Both the position numbers and the translations under genes were made by a program. The notes under the pieces are model-generated. The model was not told the DNA's origin. It saw nothing but the letters and a program-made list of their open reading frames with translations, and made no database searches. A DNA stretch of 64,000 nucleotides from Lepidodermella squamata (lineage: Eukaryota; Animalia; Gastrotricha), in the NCBI GenBank assembly GCA_047495785.1, contig JBLDXI010000042.1:4650001-4714000 (forward strand), written 5' to 3'. Positions within the stretch are counted from its first letter, which is position 1. Each line of letters opens with the position of its first letter. Of the stretch, positions 22,221 through 35,185 are shown one piece after another.

Positions 22221-23400
22221 ATGAAATCCAGCGTTCTGGTGCAGTTGACAGCTTTTCTCCTCGCACAGATTACCATTCGAACTGAGGCTTGTTACGCGAA
22301 GCTTACCCAGAAAACAGTCCCCTTAGGGCATTGTGCAACAGCTCCTTTTGTTATCAATGGAGTTGTCATTAACAAGGATAATCAAAAGTCATTCGCGCCT
22401 GGTGAGCAGGTCTATTTCGGCTGCAATGATGGCTACAAATCCCGAGGAAGCAACGTCATCGTGTGCAATGACGATGGCAAGTGGCTAATCGCCGGCTATT
22501 GCGAAGGTAAAACTCCGCGTCAAGTACTTAAATTCACTTTCTTAACTCCATAATTTAGAGCTCAAATGCAGCGCTTTAAGCATTGAAGCCAAGGCGGTTC
22601 CAGCTTATTCGATTGACTCGATTTCAACCCCTGAGTTGAATAAAGCTGGTTCGGTTATGGCTGTCAAATGTTCTGAGGGGTACCTCAAAGCTCGGTGTAA
22701 TGGCGAGGGTTACCGCGATTTGGTCTTCAGCGGGTACTGCGAGGAGTTCGACTTCAAACGTCACGAATTGCTCGCGAAAGCTGCTCGGCAGGGTGACCTG
22801 GCACTGGCTCAAATAATGGTCCAGGAACTGGGCGATAAGTTGGTGATCGACTGGCGTGATCAAGACATGCATTGCTGCGTTGAAGATGAAGAGTCCGGTC
22901 GATGCATTTGGAACGCAACGGCCCTTCATCGTGCTGTAGCTTGCTCATCCAGCAATGTCGCAGCAACTGTCGATATCATCAATTTCCTAATCGACAATGG
23001 CGCGGATGTGAATGCCCCGGAACGGCTGGTTAAATGGGAGTCTACAATGGCAGAAACGCCACTTCATCTCGCAGTTGGGACTGGCCAAGTTGATCTTGTA
23101 AAAGCTCTATTAGACCGTGGGGCTAACATAGAGAGTGTTCACACCAACAGATGGACGGCTCTTCATGACGCTGCGTTTCAGGGCCATTTAGAAATAGCCC
23201 GATTGCTCGTCGATCGCGGGGCTGATATCAATGCGAGAACGGAGGACTGTAACGATGATTGTGGGCCTCGACCTGGTTTTACCCCGTTAATGCTTGCTGC
23301 TAGCGAGAAAAAGCCGGAAGTTGTCAAGTTTCTGTTGAAGAAAGGAGCAACTCGACAGGGATGCACGTTTCCTCTGTGTAAGAAGAAAAATCTTCAATGA
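22221..23400 (+). CDS. Secreted sushi/CCP + ankyrin-repeat protein 1; exons 22221-22506, 22559-23400
   Basis: Signal peptide; CCP (C..P...NG...F.C..GY...G...I.C...G.W); phase-1 intron; ankyrin repeats (ETPLHLAV, WTALHDAA, TPLMLAA). Confidence 0.88.
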
Positions 23401-24009
23401 GACAGCGATAGGTTTTATGATTCATCTTTCGAAGTAAAACTCATTGTGAATATCATGGGTTGTTGAAAAATGAACCGGTGTGACCAAATTGGCAAGAATT
23501 AAGCCGCCATATTCAAACAACAGCCATCAGTGCAATAAAAAGCGTAAGAAAACCGGGCCGAGGGCCTTTCAGGATTTATAGCGCCATGTTTTTGCACGTT
23601 TTTTTCATGCATTAGTGTCACGTGCATTAGTAATATTTTACTATAATATAGTAATGAAACTGGCAAACAAGCCAGCAGCGTTGGTAAATACATGAATAGG
23701 TGACATTGTAAGTTGAGATTTCAATCTAGCTATTCGTTCTACATCGTAGGCAGTAAATGCTTACTAGAATTATTCAAAGCAGGATATCGCATATTTTGAA
23801 ACCCAATTTTTCTTCTTTGATTGCAGCCCTGGGAATGTGCACTGGCAAAATTTAGCTGCGCAGTGAAGTATTGACCGCGGGCAATAAATTATTAATAGCA
23901 ACGCGATATTCCTACCTATACGAAAAAGCTATGTGTGGTACAATGCTTCGGTCTATAGCTCACGGTCAAGCCGCACGAATTTATCCTTTTGATCCTACAT
24001 TTGTATAGA

Positions 24010-25172
24010 ATGTTTCGCCATCTAGTATTATCAACTATTGCCATTTCATGCCTAGTCATCTTGGCGATCTACCTCCCAGGGTCGAATGCATGTTTTTCGA
24101 GCCCTAAGCGGAATTTCAATTCGACAGATCAAGCATGTCCGAATGTTGTTAATATCGAGAATGGCTTTATAAACAGTAACCTTTTCCGCTACACGGAATA
24201 CTACGGCATTGGGGAATCCATCACCTTCTCATGCAACTTTGGCTATAATCTGAAGGGATCTGAAGTTATTACTTGTAATGAAAAAGGATTCTGGGTGGTT
24301 GGTGGATATTGTGAAGGTAGGCGACAGCCTAATTTTTCGAGAATTTACGTTCCTTTTTTTCCACAGCGAAACAGTGTCAAAAGCTGTCATTCTTAGCTAA
24401 AGGAGGAGACACAACCTTTGATCTAGGAAATTCCGCCAAAGGTATCTCAATGTCAGCCCTGAAAGGTGCTGCAGGTGGCAAGTGCACCGATGGCTACATT
24501 ACTGTCGAGTGTGACGCTAATGGCGACCGAATCATCACTCACAGCGGTCAGTGCACCTATTTCGATGTCAAGAAGCACCGGGATTTAGCCGACTACGCCG
24601 CAAAGGGTGAAACCTCTCGCGTCAAATCTCTTGCAAGCGACCTGGGCTATGGCTTTGAAGTAAACTGGCGCGATTTGAGCATGAGATGCTGCGGTTTCGG
24701 TGTAAATGACATTTGCGTGTGGAGTTCAACTGCCTTGATCCGGACTGTTCAATGCGATAAATCTAACTCTGATAACATTGTCGATATTGTCAAATTTCTG
24801 ATTGACAAAGGGGCTGAAATTACCGCGAAAGATTCTGGCGATAAGGGTTATACTGCTCTTCATCTCGCAGCCAGGAACGGAAATCTTTACGCTGTCAAAG
24901 TTTTGCTCGATAAGGGGGCTAAGGTCTACCTGAAACGAGGCGAAGGATGGACTCCACTTCATGATGCAGCGTATGGTGGCAGTGTCGACGTCGTTAAACT
25001 TCTCATTGATCGGCAGGCAAACATCAACGCGAAAACTGACTTAATGGGAACCTATTCAGACCACTCGCCTATCATGTTGGCTGCAGCTGCCAATCACACC
25101 GAGGTCGTCAAAATTTTGTTTCAGAGAGGAGCCTCTCGGGATGGCTGCAAATATCAGCTGTGCCAGGTCTGA
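24010..25172 (+). CDS. Secreted sushi/CCP + ankyrin-repeat protein 2; exons 24010-24316, 24367-25172
   Basis: Same architecture and intron position (YCE-G|gt) as the paralogs. Confidence 0.88.
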
Positions 25173-25632
25173 CGAGCATTCTGAGTTTCTTGAACACATC
25201 CTGCCACTGTTACCTTTGTGAACCTCTTAAAATAAAAATGAGATCTGATAATTATTGATGGGTGTTCAATTCGCACTTAGTTTGGTGCATTTGCCCGAGG
25301 CAACCGCTTTCGACTGGCCGCATGTCACATGAAATCAGCCAACAATAAGTTATCGGCTGTTTAGCGAGGCCGAATAATTCATGAAAAGAATAACGCCATC
25401 GATTTGCCAACAAATGACTGGTAATAAAAGAAGTAATTGCCAGATTAAGCCGTGATGTCTTCCTGCAAAATAACAAGTAGTATCATGCAAAACCATAATA
25501 TTTGTTCAATCGAATCAAACTTCGGCCAGCTAGAAAGTGTAGATATCAGTTACTACACAATACTGAGATTATATATCAAAGATTTACGCACCCTATCGAT
25601 TCAAACAATGTTTCTTCTATTGCGCTGTAGAC

Positions 25633-26751
25633 ATGAAAACTTTATGGCTTGTAGCCGTGCTTAACTCGATACACGTCGAGGGCTGCTTGCTGTCGTTTAG
25701 GGGCTCGAAGGGGGATCTTCCGTGTCCAGGGGTCCCAGCAATAGCTAACGGCTTGGTTGTCAACAAAGAAGACCCTTTACGATTTGAAATCGGCGACACT
25801 TTGTATTTCGACTGCAATCAGGGCTATCAGTTGAAAGGTAGCTCGACCATCTCCTGCAACGACGATGGTCGATGGGAATTCAATGGTTTTTGTGAAGGTA
25901 AATTATCGCTTCCAAGTTTTCCCAATCAATCCCATGATTTCCTAGAATTGAAATGTGGCCCTGTGACATTCTCAGCTAGAGGTGGAGAGCCTTATTATTC
26001 CTTTGTTGGAGGAAACAATCCAGACTTCGACAATCTTGGCGCTTTAGTCGGCGCAAAATGCACTGGTGGCTTCATGAAAATCGAGTGTAACATCAGGGGC
26101 GAACGAGAATTTCGATACAGTGGATCTTGCGAGCCCTTCGACTACAAAAACCATCATGCTTTGAGCCAAGCAGCAGCTAGGGGCGACCTGATAATGGTGA
26201 AGAGGTTAGTCCGACTTCTAGGCTCAGCTCTTGAGATCGACTGGCGAGATGAGGAAATGCATTGTTGTGACGACATGACTACAACCTGCACTTGGAACTC
26301 AACCGTATTACATCGAGCTCTCCTTTGCAGCCATATTGACCCTATGGTATTGCAAGCAATTTTGAATGAGATAATCGACCGAGGGGCTGATGTCAACTTG
26401 CAAGAAAGTTCTGCCTCTTCAGAAACGCCCCTTCACCTCGCTGCGAAGAACGGTCAAGTCGGAGCAGTTCGACTTCTGATGGACCGAGGAGCTTCGGTAA
26501 ACCAGAAGCATTCGCAGGGTTGGACGGCTCTTCACGACGCTGCGGCCAAGGGACATGCTGAAGTTATTGATCTTCTGCTCGATCGCGGGGCTGATATCGA
26601 CTCGAGAACGGACCAGTGCCTGGATAACTGCGCAACTTCCGGCTCAACGGCGCTGATGATTGCCGCGCAAATGAAGAAATATGAGGCAGCCAAGTTGCTG
26701 ATACGCCGCGGAGCATCCCGAAAGGGCTGCTATTTCCCCCTGTGTCAATGA
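25633..26751 (+). CDS. Secreted sushi/CCP + ankyrin-repeat protein 3; exons 25633-25897, 25946-26751
   Basis: Same architecture; 48-bp intron 25898-25945 is in frame and stop-free, so the ORF track reads through it. Confidence 0.88.
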   Translation: MKTLWLVAVLNSIHVEGCLLSFRGSKGDLPCPGVPAIANGLVVNKEDPLRFEIGDTLYFDCNQGYQLKGSSTISCNDDGRWEFNGFCEGKLSLPSFPNQSHDFLELKCGPVTFSARGGEPYYSFVGGNNPDFDNLGALVGAKCTGGFMKIECNIRGEREFRYSGSCEPFDYKNHHALSQAAARGDLIMVKRLVRLLGSALEIDWRDEEMHCCDDMTTTCTWNSTVLHRALLCSHIDPMVLQAILNEIIDRGADVNLQESSASSETPLHLAAKNGQVGAVRLLMDRGASVNQKHSQGWTALHDAAAKGHAEVIDLLLDRGADIDSRTDQCLDNCATSGSTALMIAAQMKKYEAAKLLIRRGASRKGCYFPLCQ

Positions 26752-27319
26752 TTTTGGATTTTTCTAGGTTTATACCTCGTTTTCTACCCCTAATTGGTTC
26801 TCTCGCATGTCGCTACCAGTGGTAGTTTTTAGAATGCTTCCTTGGTTTGTTCTAGTTTAGATATTTCGCTTTCCTTATTTTTCAACCCCTTTAAGTTTCA
26901 TTCCGACAGCTAGACCTTCACGGGGATTCGAAATAAAAACTGAAAATATTCCGTGACGAAAGACGGGGCTAGAATACCGTGCAGTGTTGTTTGTCTCCGG
27001 AAGCGAGAAGTGATGCACCGGTTGTGCGAGAGCAGTTTGTCTAAATAAGACACTTATTGCAACGCCTGCAATAATACAAAGCAAACTTACCGGATGAACG
27101 CGCGCTTGTGGCTCGTAGAGAAAAGCCAGCATTTATTTGCGCCTCTCTGAATACCTGAAGGTATGATCCATAACAAGAGTCCTATAATTGTTTATTACTG
27201 CCCATTTTGCCTCCGGCTATTATGCTACGAATCCAACAATTGAATAATTTATCCGGTCTCATCCATCTGTTTTAAGCGAAGTAAAGGGTGCATTGGCTAC
27301 AAATCGCTATTCTTTTTAG

Positions 27320-28467
27320 ATGGCTTTTGATCCCTTTTTAATCTACCTAGCTTTTATTCAATTGGACTCCCTAATCGAGGCTTGCGTGCAAAAAGTTGAT
27401 AATGACCTTCCCCCCATTGTAACATGCCCTTCGAATCTTCCTTCAATCACTAATGGCAAAGTCATCAATCTTGACGATCGAACCAAGTTTCTCGACGGAG
27501 ATGCAGTTTACTTTGAATGCGATGATGGTTACTCCGTTAAGGGATCAGCATCCATTCCTTGCAATGCTCAAGGGCAGTGGGAAGTAGCTGGCTATTGCGA
27601 AGGTATGCCTGCTACCCTATTCTTATCCATTAGTTTCTCCTGTCTTGTGTAGAGTTAAAATGCGGCCGTACAAGCTTTTACGCTAAAGGCGGAATGACCT
27701 ATTACTCTTTTGTTGGAGGCCTTGGAAATCCTGACATTGACAACCCTGACACAATCGCTGGGGCGAAATGTACAAGCGGATTCCTCAGAGTTGAATGCAA
27801 TCGTTACGGAGAGCGAGAATTCCGCTACAGTGGCCATTGTTTTGGATTGGACTACAAGGCTCATGATCTGTTAGGCAAAGCTGCTTCTCATGGTGATCTA
27901 ACGCAGGTGAAACATATGATAGATCAACTCTCGGCTGATTTAGTCATCGACTGGCGAGATGACGAGATGCATTGCTGTGAAGAACCTGGCGGAATCTGCG
28001 TCTGGAACGCAACTTTCGTCCATCGAGCTCTTCAATGCAATACAACCACAGATCAGGCCGTGTTGCTAGGAATCGTCAAAGCTTTTGTAGATAAGGGTGC
28101 TGAGGTTAACTCGATTGAGGGGTCGTCCTATCGACGGACTGCGCTGCATATGGCTGCGCAAAATGGTAAGGTAGCCCCGGCAAGGTTTCTTCTAGATCGA
28201 GGGGCGTTGATCAACAAACGAGATGCGTATGGTTGGACCCCACTAGCTGAGGCTGCGTTCAAGGGACATGCTGATGTAGTGGAGCTACTACTCAATCGAG
28301 GTGCGGATAAGGAGATTCCGACGCATGAAGGTCCGGAAGAGATGAAGTACGCTGACCACACGCCTTTAATGCTTGCCGCAGCTGAAGGTCGAGCTGATGC
28401 TGTCGCAATCCTCCTTAAACGAGGAGCATCTCGTAAACTGTGCAAGTACGCCCTGTGCACAATGTAA
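27320..28467 (+). CDS. Secreted sushi/CCP + ankyrin-repeat protein 4; exons 27320-27602, 27653-28467
   Basis: Same architecture and conserved intron. Confidence 0.88.
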
Positions 28468-28608
28468 CTCAGAAAAAGACGGAATTTTGTACAAAAGCTG
28501 ACTTTATTTTTCTACGTTTGTTATACAGTATTACAATGATTTATGATTAAAAAGGAGTGTTAAATGATGATGAGAGGTGCGTTGTGAATTACACTTGGGC
28601 GCCGTTGT

Positions 28609-29867
28609 TTATTCTTCCTTCATTTCCACAGACTTGGAGCCGTAGATGCAGGCCATGTTGCGGATGGTATCCAGCAAGAGTGGGAGTTGCTGCGGAGCCG
28701 TTAGAGTGTAAACGCCGGCCATCTTGCGCATCTCGTCCCATTGGATGTTCTTGGCGAAGCGGCGGTTGCCGACGTCGATGACCGTTGTCGTCGACACATC
28801 GTCGACCAGATCCTTGAGCCGCGCGCCAGAAACACCGTCACTGATCACAACAGTGTAGATCGGCTTGGAGTGACGAGTTGCAGACAGAACTAAAATTTGA
28901 AAAAATTGAAAAATTAAAATATGCAAATTTCTTAAAAATTCTACAAATTTTAAAAAATTAGCTTTAACATTTTAAAATTTAAATATTTTAAAAAATTTCT
29001 AACTTTCAAAAAATCAGAAATTTTTCAAAAATCGGGACAAATTTTGAAAAATGCGAAAATTTTGGCTTTTACCTGTGGGCAGGCCGTTGTCGCGATTCCA
29101 CAGGGCCAACTTGGTCATTTGGCCGAGTTGATTCTTGACGACTTCACCGAGGACGGAGAAGATTTCCTTGGTCGGGACGGGCCACAGGGTCTTGAGGTTG
29201 CGCATGACGTCCTTGAAATCGCCGCCGCTTGACAACTTCTTGACAGCTTCGACGTCATCGAACTCGCGACCGCGAATGTAGTACTTGCGGCCCTTGTCGT
29301 AAATGACAGAGTGCGTCCATTCGGGCTTCATGTCAATAGTGACGGCATCGATCTAAAATCGGAAAAAAATGAAAAAAAATTCTGAAAAATTTCAAAACAT
29401 ACGAAAAGACGAATGGCGCCGAAATAAGCTCTCGATGCCGTGCGGAAGGTGCGTTCGAGGTAAAGAGCCAGCGGTGATTCAGACAGCAGGGTGTCAATTC
29501 TGTCCTGGCTCGGGCTGGGCGCGATGTCGATGACAAAATCGATCGAATTTCCAGGCTTGAACTTTTCGAAGCACTCGCGGTCCATCTTGGTGTTCGGGTC
29601 GTTCAGGAAATGCTCGACTTCGGCTTGGAAGAACTTGTGCTGATCCTTGTTCTCCGTGACCAGCTTCTTGTTCTTCTCGAGGACCTGAGCATTGCTGCGC
29701 TTCTTGTCCGACTCGTCGCGGTGCTCGCTTGGCCGTTCGATTTTGTCGTGCTGTTCACGCTCCTTGCTGTGCTCCTTAACGTCGACATCCTCCTCCCGCT
29801 CGCGGCTGACCGCGGCGAAGGCCATGCCGAACATTGCCAACAAGATGAAACCGGCTGTAACGCGCAT
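28609..29867 (-). CDS. Secreted protein with charged N-terminal region and divergent vWA-like domain; exons 29867-29403, 29352-29073, 28889-28609
   Basis: Signal peptide; IDFVIDIAPS (beta1/degenerate MIDAS), YTVVISDG, TVIDVG; clean GT-AG introns; strongly C/G-ending codons. Confidence 0.8.
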
Positions 29868-29944
29868 TGCTAAGTTGATAAAATGAGTGTGTGTAGATAA
29901 ATGTGTTGAAACAACTTGATGACTATTTCGAATTCGATCGCGGC

Positions 29945-29951
29945 TTTTATA
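29945..29951 (-). promoter_or_regulatory. TATA box of vWA-like gene
   Basis: TATAAAA on the minus strand ~80 bp upstream of ATG 29867. Confidence 0.55.
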
Positions 29952-31711
29952 CCCGAATTTTCGATGGGCCTAATTGTTTTCTATGCCGGATTGTTGGCTT
30001 TACACAACTTCGTAACACACATTGTAAGCGTGCCGCTTGCGTTCTACATTGCGTCATACAAATATGCTGAAAGAAATCACGATTTCACTTTTTCATGCAT
30101 TTTCCGATCGTTCGAAATGTATCCGAATTTCAATTCAATTCAAACAAATTCTGTATATAATTTTGCTGTGATGAACTTCCCTAGTTTTGTCTCAAAGCTA
30201 AGGCAATTTTTCAAAAAAATTCACAAAAAGGTTGAAGCTTCGTTTGATAATCGATCAAAAAATGCATACTAATTGGGATCTGAACGATTTTTACGCGATC
30301 TGAATTTTTAGGGAATAACTCGAAGACTGTAGCTAGGGAAACTTTTGACAGGGCATCAAAAGAAAATGAAAATCCAACGATTGTTTTTTGCAGGGCATTC
30401 ACCTTAAGGTCAGACGATCGATTATCGACTAAAATTTACAGATAAATCGGCGATCACCTTCGTACCTAAAATCGTCCACTTATGAATTATAAATTAGGAC
30501 TGATTTTTGATCTTCAAAAAACATGGTTTCGTCCAAAATTATCCCACCCTACGGTTCATCTTTTTCCTTGGCATTTTCATTATTTACAAAAAATTAACGG
30601 AGCAAAACGGCCCCAGCTTACCTTCTTCACTCCCTTCATCTCTCTGTACTGTTTCACTGGATGCGAAAATTGAAACGATGGAAATAATTGGCTCATTCGA
30701 AGGGCGATTACGAAATTTATTTTGAAATGCAATTGAAAAAAATGTGCGTCGTATTTTTTCAAACTCAGGTTTTAAGTGGCAAAAAAAAACAGCTCGAAGC
30801 CAGTATAAAACGTTTTTTATTGTTGAACGCACCTTCGTTAATTATCACCATCATTGTTATTATTTTTCTGAAAAATTGCAGCGTAACCACATTGGAATTT
30901 TTGATAAGGCGATTCGAAACAAAACAACAGATAGCAACACAGGTTAACAATTTTTTGAACACAACTTATTTTTTCGGCATTTTTACCACCGCATCAACAA
31001 TGGGAGATAACAACGCGAGGCGCAGATTTCCGGAAGATAAAATTCATCGTTTTTTCTCATCAAGAGAACTTCTTGGTTAATATTATTATTATTATTATAT
31101 CTTTTGCACTGCGCGTGGGCAGCGAACTCCGCTATTTAGCCGCATTCCTATCTCATAGTTCGCTGATTCACGTGCGTCTGTGTATCACCGCCTCACCTCA
31201 GCCTACATCTTCATCCCCGTCCTCATACTCAACTGAATTTTACAAGGCACTTGAACGTAAAAAATAACACAAAAAAGAAGAATCAACAAGTAGAAAAGAA
31301 GCTTTTTACAGTGACTGATGAGCGTATAATAATGCGTTGTAAATTTGTAACTAGAATGATAATCGATCGACTTATATTTATGTATAGCAAAATAATCGAG
31401 AAGAAATCTGGCACCTGAGCTGATTAGTTGCACCTTAACCACGAAAATCGGAATGTATTGCAGCTAAAAAAAGCTAAAATTTCAGCAGTAATTACAATTT
31501 AGCCACCGATTGTGCGACCAGAAAAGACCGAATGTCACATTTTGAGCAAAATTACCACGTAAAACTGGAACGTGGTGAACGACCGAAAGAGAGAGAGAAC
31601 AACAAAACAAGCTTTGAAGAACCGTTCATAGGCATCGGATTGTGTAAAATATCGCAATATCAAGTTTTTTCCAACAAGTTTTTTTTCTTCATGCTGTTGT
31701 TATCTGCTTTT

Positions 31712-33513
<1,802 letters not shown>

Positions 33514-33752
33514 TCAGATTTTTTACTGTTTTGTAGAAACAAAGGACTTGATTTTAGCACTTAGTAGTCTTTCTATTGTAGATTGCTTGTTGAATCCAGA
33601 CCGGTCAACAAGATTGAATTCTTATCATGGGGCGAAATACAGAAACACAAATAGTGATATTTGCCGCGCAATATTATTACAACACATTCATTAGAATATG
33701 ATGACTGGACGATTGGCTAGGCCTCTGGCGATATTCATTCATTTATTATCGA

Positions 33753-34361
33753 CTAGTTTTGAGCTAAAATGGGCGCGCTGGACGGCATGCCGAGTTGCTG
33801 TCTGGCGTTAGAGAGTTGAAGGCGAGCGTAGTTGAGAGTTTGCTGTAACTTGTCATTGCTGTCCGGAGGCCCCGAGCTAGCCGATGCATTAAAAAATTCA
33901 CAGCTGTCTGGAATGTAAGGTTCTCGGATTCGAACGGTGTCCATGAATATGATGCTTTGATTGTCGTCAGCAAGTTGTACACTCTTTCCGCCGAATTGCT
34001 CCTTCAGCTTATCAAAAACTTTAATGCAGTCAGCAGGCGCTTCAGGGCCTTTAAGACGAGATTCGCGCTTGCGGAGGGCATCGTTTAAACGCCGGCTAAC
34101 TGCATCAACATCAACGTGAGGCGTGGGTTCTGCCCGCGATGTTTCGCTAATGCGAGATACATTTTCGACATGCTCCAAATTGAAAACACTGACATCGTAA
34201 AGCTTCTGAGTATTCGAGTATTCAGCTTGGGTTTTCAAAATGAGCATTTGAAAAGCTTCATCGTAGCAGCAAACAATCCCCCGTTCAACTTTATCAGAAT
34301 TTTTCAACTTGACTTCGACGATGTTGCCAGAGCCAAGGAGTTTTCCGAACTTGGATGCCAT
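33753..34361 (-). CDS. LSM12: LSM12 homolog, intronless
   Basis: N-terminal Sm fold (G.V..YD....MLILK...D....NL..V) and C-terminal AD domain (VFDKL...IIFMDTVRIREPY); ATG 34361. Confidence 0.82.
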   Translation of the reverse strand: MASKFGKLLGSGNIVEVKLKNSDKVERGIVCCYDEAFQMLILKTQAEYSNTQKLYDVSVFNLEHVENVSRISETSRAEPTPHVDVDAVSRRLNDALRKRESRLKGPEAPADCIKVFDKLKEQFGGKSVQLADDNQSIIFMDTVRIREPYIPDSCEFFNASASSGPPDSNDKLQQTLNYARLQLSNARQQLGMPSSAPILAQN

Positions 34362-35055
34362 CCACACTAATCAATCCAGTAAGTAAAGTCTACAATTAAT
34401 TAATAACGTCAGATGAAGGATGAAGAGGGCTTTCACATTAATCAAATGTTAAAATCGATTAGGGATAATAAAGTAAATCGCTCGTTTCTACCTTCTACAC
34501 GAGCACGGTGGAACAGAGAGTCCAACAGAACATATCACATCTGGTGGCAGGCGGCAGCGACCAGGACCCGACCTGGGGCCCTCTGTTTACGCGGGTGGTA
34601 AACGATTAACGGGGTATTCGGTCGCATGTCGCAGGTGAACGCGGCAAACGAGATTCGTCGCGAGGCGCGGCGTGAGGTAAGGGCCCTTCCTCAGGATTGT
34701 GAGGGCACGGCAGTGCCCCCTCCGAGCCGAAGAATGGTGAGTGTAAAAGATCAGCAGGGAAAAGATCAAGGGAAAAAGCAAAAAACGGGGGGCGCCGTAG
34801 CCCACTATATATATAGGGACCGCCTTTCTCTGGATGATGGCTGAAAAATTGCTCAACTTTGACCAAGTTTTTCAACACCTAGGATTGTGATATTTTCGAA
34901 TTTTTTTAGATGGTTAACTAGTTTAGGGTCTTGACTATCGATTGGTGCCAGTTTCGAGGCGATTGGACACTTCTAGGCAGGTGATAACATCGGCACAAAA
35001 AAGGTAACTTTTTCGAAAACTTGTGAAAACGGGGGAATTTTTCGGCCGTCTGCAA

Positions 35056-35185
35056 TGATGGGTGTGATCGAAAGATAAACCGTAGCTAACTATAAGTTAA
35101 CTATGAACTTTTGTATGTGAGAGATAGCCTAACTACTAGTTAAACTTATAGTTAGCTACGGTTTATCTTTCGATCACACCCATCA
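35056..35185. mobile_element. 130-bp MITE-like palindrome with perfect 43-bp arms
   Basis: 35056-35098 is the exact reverse complement of 35143-35185. Confidence 0.7.
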
